Shown one piece after another: positions 28,639 to 38,226 of a stretch of DNA of 64,000 nucleotides. The DNA comes from an uncultured delta proteobacterium. GTDB taxonomy: Bacteria > Desulfobacterota > Binatia > Binatales > Binataceae. Where the stretch lies: NCBI GenBank assembly GCA_963794325.1, contig CAWCDG010000005.1, positions 289,514 to 353,513 of the forward strand, written 5' to 3'. The notes beneath the pieces were generated by a model. That model was not told the DNA's origin and searched no databases. It worked only from the letters and a program-made list of their open reading frames with translations. Position numbers and translations under genes: made by a program. The number at the start of each line of letters is the position of its first letter. The stretch's first letter is position 1.

Positions 28639-29208
28639 TCACACCGGCGTGCGATTCGCTTTCGGCGAGGACTGAGGACCCATCAGCATCTGGTGGACTT
28701 TCTTCGCGTCCTCCGGATTGGTCACCATCGGCCCCGGCTGATCATGATGCCTCATCACCTTGTCTTCCGCGGTGAACGCGCGAACCGTCGTGCAATATTC
28801 GAGCAGCAGCCCGTTCGGGTCGCGGAAGTAGATCGAGCGGCACCATTCATGATCGACCACCGGCGTCACATCGACACCTTTGCCGATCAGTTCCTCGCGC
28901 TTCGCCTCGAGCTCCTTCACGTCGTCGCAATGAAACGCGAAATGATAGAACGCGCCCGGCAATCCCTGCGCGCTATTGATGTCGGTCGCCCACTCGGTCG
29001 GCACGCCCGGCACTTTTTCCGGACACATGAACGCCACCAGGCTGCCGTCGCCGGTGTTGAGAAAGACGTGTTTGATCTTGCCCTCGCCCGCCGTCTCGAT
29101 AATATCCGCCCACGCCACTTCCCAGCCAAGTTTCGTAGTGTAGAACTCGACCGTGCGATCGATATCGAGAGTGGCCAAACCCAGATGATGGACGCCCGTG
29201 CGTTTCAT
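28639..29208 (-). CDS. VOC (glyoxalase/bleomycin resistance/extradiol dioxygenase) family protein
   Basis: GVHHLGLATLDIDRTVEFY and a second beta-alpha-beta-beta-beta module (YHFAFHCDD...YFRDPNGLLLE). Confidence 0.8.
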   Translation of the reverse strand: MKRTGVHHLGLATLDIDRTVEFYTTKLGWEVAWADIIETAGEGKIKHVFLNTGDGSLVAFMCPEKVPGVPTEWATDINSAQGLPGAFYHFAFHCDDVKELEAKREELIGKGVDVTPVVDHEWCRSIYFRDPNGLLLEYCTTVRAFTAEDKVMRHHDQPGPMVTNPEDAKKVHQMLMGPQSSPKANRTPV

Positions 29209-29330
29209 AGCCGCGCCTCCTGTCGCCGATCGTCGCCAGAACGATCGTTCAATTCGATTCGATTACTAACACGGCGCCGCCAATACTTAAAGCCTCCGGA
29301 ACGATCGTTCAATCGTTACGAGTGAACGCC

Positions 29331-30017
29331 TCACTCGATGCACTGATTCCATGTCTGCGAGGGCGCGTTGTTGTAGTTGAACCTGACGCATGCGATCGAC
29401 GCGCAAGCATTGACCAAATCCGCCGTCGGCGGCACGTTGGCATTCTTCATCAGCCACAGATTCAGCTCGTTGACCATCTGCGGGCCGAGCCCGTTCAGCT
29501 CCGGCACAACCACGATGTAGAGCGCATCCTCCTGGCGGCGCGCCGTCGACCATGATCCCGGATGCGCGATGGACGGAAATGCCTGCATCCTGCGATGCGT
29601 CGTTGGACCTTCGACCACCTTCCAGTTGTCGGCAATCTCGACAGCGAGATGACGCGGGAACTCGTTGATCAGATCGCCAACGTCGGTGTCCCCGGGCGGC
29701 TCGACGCCAACCGCACAGGCACGAACCTCGCCCCAGTAGCGATCGATCGCGTCCGCCGCCGCCTTCTTCGACGCGTCGGTCTTATACTGCCCGTTAGTCT
29801 TGACGCGAATTCCGGTAGCGGTGACCAAATCAGCCGCAAATTCCGATGACGACAACTCAAGCGGCCGCTTCTCGACCTCAGCAGCCGCGCCGGTGTTCTC
29901 GGGAGTATACGTAGACTGCGTCGCGCAGCCGATCAGCATGGTCGCGACTGCGATCGCGAAGACGGCCACCGAAACGCTCCGCACCGCCCCATCCACCACC
30001 ACTCGTGCCACTCGCAT
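29331..30017 (-). CDS. Hypothetical lipoprotein
   Basis: Signal peptide with lipobox (ATMLIGC). I recognise no family. Confidence 0.45.
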   Translation of the reverse strand: MRVARVVVDGAVRSVSVAVFAIAVATMLIGCATQSTYTPENTGAAAEVEKRPLELSSSEFAADLVTATGIRVKTNGQYKTDASKKAAADAIDRYWGEVRACAVGVEPPGDTDVGDLINEFPRHLAVEIADNWKVVEGPTTHRRMQAFPSIAHPGSWSTARRQEDALYIVVVPELNGLGPQMVNELNLWLMKNANVPPTADLVNACASIACVRFNYNNAPSQTWNQCIE

Positions 30018-30022
30018 CCGAC

Positions 30023-31207
30023 TCAGATGACTCCGTCTCGCTTGAGGCGTTCCAGTTCGTCCGCGCTGATTCCGATCGATGCAAGCACTTCACTGGTGTG
30101 TTCGCCCAGCTCGGGAGGCCTTCTCATTGGCCTCTCGCTGTCGGGCGCGTCGGACATTTTTATTGGAGTGCCTGCGACGCGGATTTTGCCGCGGGTCGGA
30201 TAGTCGCTGTCGATTAGCATTCGGCGCTGCGCGGTCTCGGGATCTGCAATCACTTCCTCGATCGTACGCACTGGTGCGCATGGGATTCCTGCTTCGATCA
30301 GTCCTTCGACCATCGCATCGCGCGGTTGCGAGCCGGTCCACTCGGCGACGAGCGCGTCGAGTTCGTCGGCGATCTTGAGGCGCGCTCCGTGATTTTTGCA
30401 TCGCGGATCGGCGATGAGTTCTTCGTGTCCCATCAATTTCGCCAGCGTGCGCCAATGCGCCTCGGTCAGACAGAAAATCAGAATCTCGCCGTCGCACGCG
30501 GGATAGACGTTGGTCGGGCATGCACCCCAATGGCGATTCCCGAGCCGCTTGAACTTCATCCCTTGCAGCGCGGGCGCGACCGCACTGGTCAATGCTGGAA
30601 TCGCCACGTCGAGCATCGCGACCTCGACATGCTGCCCGCGCCCGGTTTTGCCGCGATGGATCAGCGCGGCCAGAATCCCGCTCACCAGATGGCTGCCGGT
30701 GCCCATGTCGATAAAAGTGGCCGAGGTTTTCACCGGATGGTCAGGGAATCCAGTTACGCTGATGAAGCCCGACGACGCCTGGATCGTGTTGTCCATCGAG
30801 CCGAGCTTCGCGTAGCGGCTGTCAGAGCCGTAGCCCTTGCCCGAGGCGTAGATCAGCCGCGGGAATCGCGCGGCGATCTGGTCGTACGCGAGGCCGAATG
30901 ATTCCATCACGCCGTCGAGATAGTTCTCGACCAGCACGTCGGCGTCCTCGAGCAGCTTGAGCACGATTTCCTGCCCGCGGGGCCTCTTCAGATTGATTGT
31001 GACCGAGCGCTTGTTCGCGTTGAGCATCAGGAACGAGTAGCCGGCGCCGCCGGGAGGCAGTTCCGGCCGCCGCAGAACTTCGCCGGTAACGGGCGGCTCG
31101 ATCTTGATTATATCGGCGCCCATCGCTGCGAGTTGCAGGGTGCAATACGGCGCCGCGTAAACCTGGCCCAGGTCGATCACGCGGATTCCATCAAGCGGCA
31201 GACTCAT
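30023..31207 (-). CDS. Family III CoA-transferase (CaiB/BaiF type)
   Basis: N-terminus LDGIRVIDLGQVYAAPYCTLQLAAMGADIIKIE and the GSMDN region typical of class III CoA-transferases. Confidence 0.88.
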   Translation of the reverse strand: MSLPLDGIRVIDLGQVYAAPYCTLQLAAMGADIIKIEPPVTGEVLRRPELPPGGAGYSFLMLNANKRSVTINLKRPRGQEIVLKLLEDADVLVENYLDGVMESFGLAYDQIAARFPRLIYASGKGYGSDSRYAKLGSMDNTIQASSGFISVTGFPDHPVKTSATFIDMGTGSHLVSGILAALIHRGKTGRGQHVEVAMLDVAIPALTSAVAPALQGMKFKRLGNRHWGACPTNVYPACDGEILIFCLTEAHWRTLAKLMGHEELIADPRCKNHGARLKIADELDALVAEWTGSQPRDAMVEGLIEAGIPCAPVRTIEEVIADPETAQRRMLIDSDYPTRGKIRVAGTPIKMSDAPDSERPMRRPPELGEHTSEVLASIGISADELERLKRDGVI

Positions 31208-31217
31208 CGTGGGAACC

Positions 31218-32381
31218 TTATCGCAGGAGCGAGCGCGCGATCACCATCCGATGCACCTCGCTGGGGCCCTCGCCGATTCGGCGGATTCGCGCCTCGCGAT
31301 ACCATCGCTCGATCGGAAACTCCTTGCTGACGCCGTATCCGCCATGTATCTGCACCGCGCGATCGATAACGCGGCCGAGCACCTCGCTCGAATAGAGTTT
31401 CGCGATCGACGCCTCGGTGCGGAAGTCCTCGCCGCGGTCGGCCTTCCACGCGCCTTCCCACGTCAGCCATCGCGCCGCGCGCAGCTCGACTTCCGAATCC
31501 GCGAGCATCCACTGGATAGCCTGGCGCTTCGAGAGCAACTCGCCGAACGTGCTGCGCTGCTTGGCGTGATCGATAGCCATCCTGAGCGCCGCGACTCCCA
31601 CACCGACGTTACACGCCGAGTACGGGAAGCGCAGGCGAGTAAGCAGATCGAGGCATAGGTTCAATCCTTCGCCCTCGGGCCCGAGGCGTTGCTCAATCGG
31701 CACCACGCAGTCCTCGAACTGAACTTCGTTGGGGAGCGCCGACGTGCGGAGTGTGCGGAATGGCCGCGCCGTGAATCCGGGCGTGCCCTTCTTGATTATG
31801 AAGCAGGTAATTCCCTTGCGGCCCGCCTTCGCGTCGGTGCGGGTGAAGACGACGCCCCACTCCGCCTCATGCGCATGCGAGATGAAAATCTTGGTGCCGT
31901 TGATGACGTAGGTATCGCCCTGGCGGACCGCCTTGCACTGAATCGCACCGGCAGGATCGGATCCGCCCGACGGTTCCGTGATCGCGAAGAACGTATGCCA
32001 CGCATTCTTGATCGTGCCGCCGGCGTAGGTGCGCTTCTGTTCCTCGGTGCCCGCGTAAATCACCGGTGGCGGCGTGCGCCCGAAGACGCCACATCCGGGA
32101 TTGTAGAGCCCCATGCGATGCTGCGCCATTTCTTCGGTCAGCACGCACATGTCGAAGGTGCCGAGGCCGCCGCCGCCGTACTCGCGCGGCGCGCCCATAC
32201 ACCACATGCCGGCGGCTTGCGCCTTGTGCGCGATTCGCCAGTAGTCGTCCTCGGGAATCTCGGCCGCGTCGGGATCGCATCGCGCTTCGATCGGAATAAT
32301 TTCCTCGCGGATAATTTTGCCGACCTGGTCGCGAAGCTCGCGCAGTTCCGGCGACAGTGTGAATCCGTTGTCAGCGTCCAT
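31218..32381 (-). CDS. Acyl-CoA dehydrogenase
   Basis: FAITEPSGGSDP, QIHGGYGV and ARIRRIGEGPSEVH. ATG at 32381 overlaps the stop of the upstream gene (ATGA). The ORF extension to 32459 is rejected. Confidence 0.92.
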   Translation of the reverse strand: MDADNGFTLSPELRELRDQVGKIIREEIIPIEARCDPDAAEIPEDDYWRIAHKAQAAGMWCMGAPREYGGGGLGTFDMCVLTEEMAQHRMGLYNPGCGVFGRTPPPVIYAGTEEQKRTYAGGTIKNAWHTFFAITEPSGGSDPAGAIQCKAVRQGDTYVINGTKIFISHAHEAEWGVVFTRTDAKAGRKGITCFIIKKGTPGFTARPFRTLRTSALPNEVQFEDCVVPIEQRLGPEGEGLNLCLDLLTRLRFPYSACNVGVGVAALRMAIDHAKQRSTFGELLSKRQAIQWMLADSEVELRAARWLTWEGAWKADRGEDFRTEASIAKLYSSEVLGRVIDRAVQIHGGYGVSKEFPIERWYREARIRRIGEGPSEVHRMVIARSLLR

Positions 32382-34253
32382 CAGAAGAGTTCCTCCGCCG
32401 GTTTGCCGTCTCGATCGAGCCCGCGCTGCAGTGCGCGGATCCACATCTCGCGAATCCATTCGAGGTCGTATGAACCCCAGGTGCCTTTAATTTCCGGATC
32501 GATCGAGCGGATGTGCGCGATAGCGTCGGTGACTCGTGTGATCGCGGCTGCTCCCCAAATCTGGCGATGCACTCCGGTCTGCTGCAACGCTCCCAGGTAG
32601 TCAGACAGACCGGCAAGTACGTCGCTGCTGTAGCGCCACAATTCCTTCTCGGCATCGGCAAGACGAGTGTCCGAGCTCGACGCAATCTGGTCGGCCGCGG
32701 CAATCGCCTCGTTGAAGGTCAGCGCCGCCTCCTGAAGCTCCTCGCGCTTGCGGACAGCTTTCTCGGGCGGCATCACCGGGCTCATCACGTCCGCATAGTC
32801 GAGGCACAACTTCGACGCTCGTTCGACAGCGCGATAGGCCGCCGCCATCTCGGAAGCGCATCGCGGATGCCGGCCGCAAGCCGTCTCGACTGAAGTCGGC
32901 TGAGGATCGAAACCCGGATCTCGCGAGCCGCGCACGAATGCCTCGAGGTTCACCGGGTACGCCATCACGCTGTACGCGCCGAACGTCAGGCACGAAATGC
33001 TGGTAAGACCCAACTGTCGATAGGCGCGAAGGTCGCTGGCGACAATCGCGGGCGTCGCGAAACCCAAGCCGCCGAACAGGATCGCGTCGGCATAATACTC
33101 GAAGATGTGGCCGCGGCCGTTGAAAATGTCGATGTACCGTTTCAACGATTCGAGGTAGCGAGGATTGATCTCGCACGCCGGATCATCGATCGCGTGACTG
33201 TAGCATCGCTCGCGCGGAGCCCATTCGAACCACACGTTGTCGAGCGGCCTCAAGCCTGGCTGCGGATCGATCGTGTCGTGATAAGCGAGGTACGCGATCG
33301 GCGGCGCGTTGGAGTCGGCGCCCAATTCGCTCGCGATCGCATTCACGACCTTCATGTATTGGAGCTGCGGCGGGAGCCCGCGGCACTGACCGCATCGACA
33401 CCATGCGCCACGACGCACGTCCGCGCCCCAGATGTGCAGCAGCTCGTTCTCGGGATGATCGCGAACGTAGGCGAGCGCGCTCGCGCGGACTAGAGCGACG
33501 GCGTCGGGATTGGAGACGCAGAGATTGCCGACCGCACTTCGAACGCCGTCGTCGCCTGCTGGAAAATATTCGGGGTGATCGGCGAAGCGATCGCGCGGCA
33601 GCAGGAGTTGCAGGACGTGGCCGCCATACTCGACGCCAATTCCGTGCTCGCGCAGCAGCGGCGCGATTTCGTCGATCTTGAGCTTCGTGTCATGCGCATG
33701 GCGGATGTAGGAGAACGCGTTGATGCCTCGACGCGCCATCCATGGGATAAATTCGCGGTCGTGGCGCAGGTGCAAGTCGAGTCGGTCGGGGACGCTGTAG
33801 TTCCAGGTCATGATGTCGGAGATGAATGCGCGGCGCTTGAAGGCTGGCGTGACGCGCCACGGTTCGAGCGTCGCGAGGCGGCCGGCGTCGATGCGCGGAT
33901 ACGACGGCGCCGACGCCCGGTGAAAATCGCGCGCCGAGCTTTTCAAGCAGATTCGACTCAGCGTGGATCAACCCGCGCTCGGTACCCGAGCGAATTATTG
34001 TCGATTCGGCGGCGCGCGAGATGTCGAAGCTGTCACCTTCGAGTTCGATTGCGGGTGCGGGACCGGAAGCTATCGAGCTGCCGAGATCGATTCTGATTTC
34101 GGTCGGCGTCAGCGATGCGTCGGGGGTCGAGGCGACTTCGGCTCCGAGCATCGACGAGAGTCCGCTCGACAAGTCGCGAGACGCGAGCGTCGCGACTTCG
34201 CCGGCGCTGGCGCTGAAGCGAATTCGGGGTGCGGCAGAGCCTTCTTTGGTCAT
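32381..34253 (-). pseudogene. DUF4838/GH20-like TIM-barrel hypothetical protein, reading frame broken near 33930
   Basis: ORF 33690-34253 gives an N-terminal domain ending ...GLIHAESNLLEKLGARF. ORF 32381-33946 continues in another frame (..ARDFHRASAPSYPRIDAG...) and carries the CRCGQC motif. The junction lies in a gcgcgcg run. Confidence 0.55.
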
Positions 34254-34270
34254 TATACAGAACTCGCGAT

Positions 34271-34339
34271 GCGTTCGGGCCGTCGTTTTTCCGTCGGTTC
34301 GGGAATGATAACATGAGCGTCACGCTTTGGTAGCGCAGC
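34271..34339. repeat. 69-bp direct repeat, left copy
   Basis: gcgttcgggccgtcgtttttccgtcggttcgggaatgataacatgagcgtcacgctttggtagcgcagc is identical to 37039-37107 except for 2 substitutions. Confidence 0.95.
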
Positions 34340-34352
34340 CGTCGCAACAGAA

Positions 34353-35033
34353 TCAAACTCCGCGGTGTCTTGTTGCCGATGTGGTCTTCACGCCACGACG
34401 CGCACGCGAGGCTCGCGCGCTTGTGCGTTTCGTCGGGCTGCATCCTTCAAGAAAGACATCCATGGCGTTCATGAAACGCTTTTCAAGTGAATCGGACCTA
34501 TCGCCCCACCATCCGCTGGCCCAGTTACCGGCAATGAGTATGAAAATCCCTTCCATCATTTCCGCGAGATCCAGCGCCTTACGATCGGCGCGGATTTCGC
34601 CGCGCTTTTGACCTTCAACGAAGAGTCGTTCGTATTGCTTGTAGAGTTGGCGAGATCTGTCGGCCAGAACGCCCTTCACGTCGGTCATCATCCTCGATTG
34701 CTTTGCAACGAGCACATGAAACTCAGGGTCTGAGTCCCACGACGTCGACCATTGGCGCATCAAGCTGCGAATCCGGTCGGGCACGCCGCAATCGTGGCGC
34801 TCGAGTTCGCGTTTCACTGACGCGATTGAGAATTCGAGCATCTCCACCGCAAAGGCCATTATCAGAGCATCTTTGGTGGGAAAGTAGTTGAAGAAAGTGA
34901 CTTCGCTGATGCGCAGCCGCTCGACGATGTCGCGGACGCGGGTCTCCTCGTAACCTCGTTTTCGAAACAGCGCAGCCGCCGTATTCAGAATCGCGCGGCG
35001 CTGCTCGGCTTTCTTTTCCTCGCGCAAGCCCAT
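34353..35033 (-). CDS. TetR/AcrR family transcriptional regulator
   Basis: N-terminal HTH region RRAILNTAAALFRKRGYEETRVRDIVERLRISEVTFFNYFPTKDALI. ATG at 35033. Confidence 0.88.
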   Translation of the reverse strand: MGLREEKKAEQRRAILNTAAALFRKRGYEETRVRDIVERLRISEVTFFNYFPTKDALIMAFAVEMLEFSIASVKRELERHDCGVPDRIRSLMRQWSTSWDSDPEFHVLVAKQSRMMTDVKGVLADRSRQLYKQYERLFVEGQKRGEIRADRKALDLAEMMEGIFILIAGNWASGWWGDRSDSLEKRFMNAMDVFLEGCSPTKRTSARASRARRGVKTTSATRHRGV

Positions 35034-35168
35034 CGCCCGATCAATTACACATCGAGAGCCGCGAAGGGAACTTAAGACTGAGACGCTGCTCTTGCCGACG
35101 GCGCGGCCCGCAGCGATCCCGCTGCGTTGACTTTGGTTCACCATATATATTTAGTTCACTTCACTATT

Positions 35169-37028
35169 ATGCAAAAGTCGATGGAACGCCCGGATAGAGT
35201 TTCAACTGGTCAAGCCGCAGAGGCGCTGCAGCCCGAGGCGGGGCGCTCGAAGCCCGCGCGTATGCGCGCTCGCGTCGCAGCCGGCATCAGGACGGCGCTC
35301 GCCGACCGCCGGATGCCGCTGGTAGCTGCGTTCCTCGCCGCCGTTGGGATGCTGCCGGCGCTGAGCGGCGGCTGGCAGATGGATGATTATTTTCAGCGCG
35401 TCACGCTCCTCGGTTTGGGCGATTCCAAACCGATCAATACCTTCATCCAATACATCGATCGCGCACACAACCTGCGCCAGATGAATTACGGCACGATGCC
35501 CTGGTGGGGCTCGCCGGACTTGCATCAGGCGTTTCTGCGCTACGCGAGCACCCTTGCGATGATGCTCGATTATCGCCTTTGGCCGAACAATCCCGCCCTG
35601 ATGCACCTGCACAGTCTGCTCTGGCTTGCAGCGGCGGTTCTGGTGGCCGCGCTTCTCTATCGCGAGGTGATGGGCGCGACGTGGGTCGCTGGACTGGCGG
35701 CCCTGATGTACGCGATCGATGGCGCGCATGCGTTGCCGGCCGCATACCTGGCCAACCGCAATGCTTTGATTGCCTGCTGCTTCGGATTCCTGAGCGTGCT
35801 GGCATTCGTTCGCTGGCGTCGGCGCGGGCGTTCGATAAATCGATGGCTGAGCGTGTTGATGCTGGGGTTGGCGCTATCCGCGGGCGAGATGGGGTTGGCG
35901 ACAGTGGCGTACCTGTTTTCCTACGCGATGATTGTTGACGCGGACGAATTTCGAGCGCGGCTCACGCGGCTCCTGCCTCATGGCGCAGTGCTGGCGGCGT
36001 GGGCTTTGATCTACAAGCTTGGCAATTTCGGTTCGCACGGCTCGGGCTTTTACCTGGACCCGGCGCGCGATCCGCTCGGCTTCGCCGCTTCGTTTTGCCA
36101 GCGCGCGGCGTTCCTGATGATGGGACAGTGGTCGCCGCTCCCGGCCGAGATGAGTATGGCCAACGCGCCCGGCTCCTCGGCGTTCTTCCATCTGAGCGTC
36201 TTCAGCTGCGTGGTCGCCGCGATCGTGGTGGTGCTCTTTATCCCGCTAGTCCTGCGCGATCGGGTGGCGCGGTTCTGGGGCCTTGGTATGCTGCTTTCGT
36301 TGATCCCGATTGGCGCGGTGGGTCCGGAGAATCGTTTGCTCGGCTTCGTCGGCCTGGGCTCGATGGCGCTGCTCGCTCAAATGACGCAGGCCCTTTGCGC
36401 AGGCACTTTCGCCGCGTCGCGTGTCTGGAAGGGATTTGCGTGGGCTGCGACTCTGCTCCTCCTCCTGGTACATCTGGTCGCCGCGCCGTTACTCGGGATC
36501 GTTCGGCTCGACTACCAGGCCGACGCCAGCGCCCGGATGACGCGTGCGATGGCGAGCGTTCCAACTGATCCGCGAATCGCCTCCCAGGACCTGGTGTTGA
36601 TTAACCCGCCCGACCAGATCTACCTCGTCGGCGCGATTTGGGCCGTGAACCTGCTCGAGCACCGGCCGAAGCCGCGGCACATACGCGCGCTCTCCACCGG
36701 AGGCGATCTTGAGGTCACGCGCGTCGGGCCTCGCTCGCTACAAATACGTTTTCCCGGTGGATTCTTTCCGACCGCATTCAGTCGTTTTGTGCGCAGTCCA
36801 GATGAGCGCTTTTCGCCTGGACAGCATTTCGATCTGCCGGGTCTCTCGGTCACGGTCGAGTCTCTTGACGCGCAAGGTGACCCCGATCAGGTGCTGTACG
36901 CGTTCCCGGTACCGCTCGAAGATCCTTCGTTGCGCTGGATGAGCTGGCACGATGGCGTATATGTCCCGTGGAGCCCGCCAGCGCTCGGCCAGACCGAGAA
37001 GCTGCCTGCCATGCGTGGAATCTTTTAG
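35169..37028 (+). CDS. Polytopic membrane protein with a soluble C-terminal domain; possibly a GT-C-type glycosyltransferase
   Basis: About 620 aa with more than 10 hydrophobic segments and an acidic DDY motif in the first predicted loop (GGWQMDDYF), as seen in the first-loop acidic motifs of GT-C enzymes. It is divergent from the TetR gene. Confidence 0.4.
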   Translation: MQKSMERPDRVSTGQAAEALQPEAGRSKPARMRARVAAGIRTALADRRMPLVAAFLAAVGMLPALSGGWQMDDYFQRVTLLGLGDSKPINTFIQYIDRAHNLRQMNYGTMPWWGSPDLHQAFLRYASTLAMMLDYRLWPNNPALMHLHSLLWLAAAVLVAALLYREVMGATWVAGLAALMYAIDGAHALPAAYLANRNALIACCFGFLSVLAFVRWRRRGRSINRWLSVLMLGLALSAGEMGLATVAYLFSYAMIVDADEFRARLTRLLPHGAVLAAWALIYKLGNFGSHGSGFYLDPARDPLGFAASFCQRAAFLMMGQWSPLPAEMSMANAPGSSAFFHLSVFSCVVAAIVVVLFIPLVLRDRVARFWGLGMLLSLIPIGAVGPENRLLGFVGLGSMALLAQMTQALCAGTFAASRVWKGFAWAATLLLLLVHLVAAPLLGIVRLDYQADASARMTRAMASVPTDPRIASQDLVLINPPDQIYLVGAIWAVNLLEHRPKPRHIRALSTGGDLEVTRVGPRSLQIRFPGGFFPTAFSRFVRSPDERFSPGQHFDLPGLSVTVESLDAQGDPDQVLYAFPVPLEDPSLRWMSWHDGVYVPWSPPALGQTEKLPAMRGIF

Positions 37029-37038
37029 CCGGGTTCGC

Positions 37039-37107
37039 GCGTTCGGGCCGTCGTTTTTCCGGCGGTTCGGGAATGATAACATGAGCGTCGCGCTTTGGTA
37101 GCGCAGC
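37039..37107. repeat. 69-bp direct repeat, right copy
   Basis: Matches 34271-34339 at 67 of 69 positions, in the same orientation. Confidence 0.95.
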
Positions 37108-37147
37108 TTCATCTGAATCGACACCATCGACAGGTCCGACTGCCACA

Positions 37148-38215
37148 ATGCCGAGCCCTAATGAAATTCTCGCCGAACTCAAGAAAGTAAAATACCCCGG
37201 CTTCAGCCGCGACATCGTATCGTTCGGGATCATCAAGGATATCGAAGTCGCATACGCGGGCGTGACCGTTTCGCTCACGATGGCGTCGGCGAAACCCGAA
37301 GTCGTCGAGAAAATTGTGGCCGAGGTGAAGGCTACGGTCGCGGCGATGCCGGGCGTGCCCGCCGTCAACGTGCAAATCGAGCAGCCGGCGCAGACCGCGC
37401 CCAAGGCGGCAGCAGGCGTCGCGCAGCCGCGATCGATTGCGGGCGTAAAGCATATCGTCGCGGTTGCGAGCGGCAAGGGCGGCGTCGGCAAATCCACCGT
37501 CGCGGTGAATCTTGCGCTCGCGATGCACGCGCTCGGATGGCGAGTCGGCCTGATGGACGCCGACGTATACGGGCCGAGCGTCGCGATGATGGTCGGAGTC
37601 GAGAAGGCGCCGACGCTCACGAAGGAGCGGCGCATCATTCCACTGGAGCGCTATGGCATCCGCTACATTTCGATGGCGCTGTTCATCAACGACGAGACCG
37701 CGGTCATCTGGCGCGGGCCGATGGTCACCAAGCTGGAGACGGAATTTCTGTTCAACGTCGAGTGGGGCGAATTGGATTGCCTGGTGCTCGACTTGCCGCC
37801 CGGCACTGGTGACGCGCAACTGACAATCACACAGCGGGTGGCGCTCGACGGCGGGGTGATCGTCACGACGCCGCAAGAGATCGCGCTGCTCGACGTCAAG
37901 CGAGGCGTCGCGATGTTCGAGGAAGTTCACGTACCGGTGCTCGGCGTGGTCGAGAACATGAGCTATTACCTGTGCCGCAAGTGTAACCATCGCCACGAGA
38001 TTTTCGCGCATGGGGGTGGCGCGCGGCTGGCGGAGTCGCTCAACGTGCCGTTCCTGGGTGAGCTGCCGCTGGTTCGCGAGCTGCGCGAGGGCGGAGACAA
38101 CGCGAGTCCGATCGTCGCGTCGAATCCGGCGCATCCGGTGAGCGCGGCATTCAAGTCGATTGCGTCGAAAGTGATCGAAGGACTCGATCGAACCGAAGCG
38201 CAGCGCGCCTCTTAG
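37148..38215 (+). CDS. apbC: Fe-S cluster carrier ATPase, Mrp/ApbC/NBP35 family
   Basis: N-terminal DUF59-like domain, P-loop VASGKGGVGKSTVAVNLA and a CxxC motif (LCRKCNH). Confidence 0.93.
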   Translation: MPSPNEILAELKKVKYPGFSRDIVSFGIIKDIEVAYAGVTVSLTMASAKPEVVEKIVAEVKATVAAMPGVPAVNVQIEQPAQTAPKAAAGVAQPRSIAGVKHIVAVASGKGGVGKSTVAVNLALAMHALGWRVGLMDADVYGPSVAMMVGVEKAPTLTKERRIIPLERYGIRYISMALFINDETAVIWRGPMVTKLETEFLFNVEWGELDCLVLDLPPGTGDAQLTITQRVALDGGVIVTTPQEIALLDVKRGVAMFEEVHVPVLGVVENMSYYLCRKCNHRHEIFAHGGGARLAESLNVPFLGELPLVRELREGGDNASPIVASNPAHPVSAAFKSIASKVIEGLDRTEAQRAS

Positions 38216-38226
38216 CTTTTCACTGA

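Noticed and set aside
34271-34339. The 69-bp repeat could be a tRNA fragment, integrase att site or alternative-sigma promoter (ggttcggg resembles a T-arm; GGAAT..CGTC and TGGTA..GC motifs).
   Set aside because: There is no cloverleaf or acceptor stem. The GGAAT to CGTC spacing is about 11 nt, too short for an ECF promoter. The GG and GC spacing does not fit sigma-54 -24/-12. No integrase is nearby.
35101-35168. The AT-rich TetR/membrane-gene spacer with TTGACT and three TTCAC repeats could hold a defined promoter and operator.
   Set aside because: I found no -10 hexamer at acceptable spacing from TTGACT. The TTCAC units are direct, not the inverted repeat expected for a TetR operator. The evidence is too weak to annotate.
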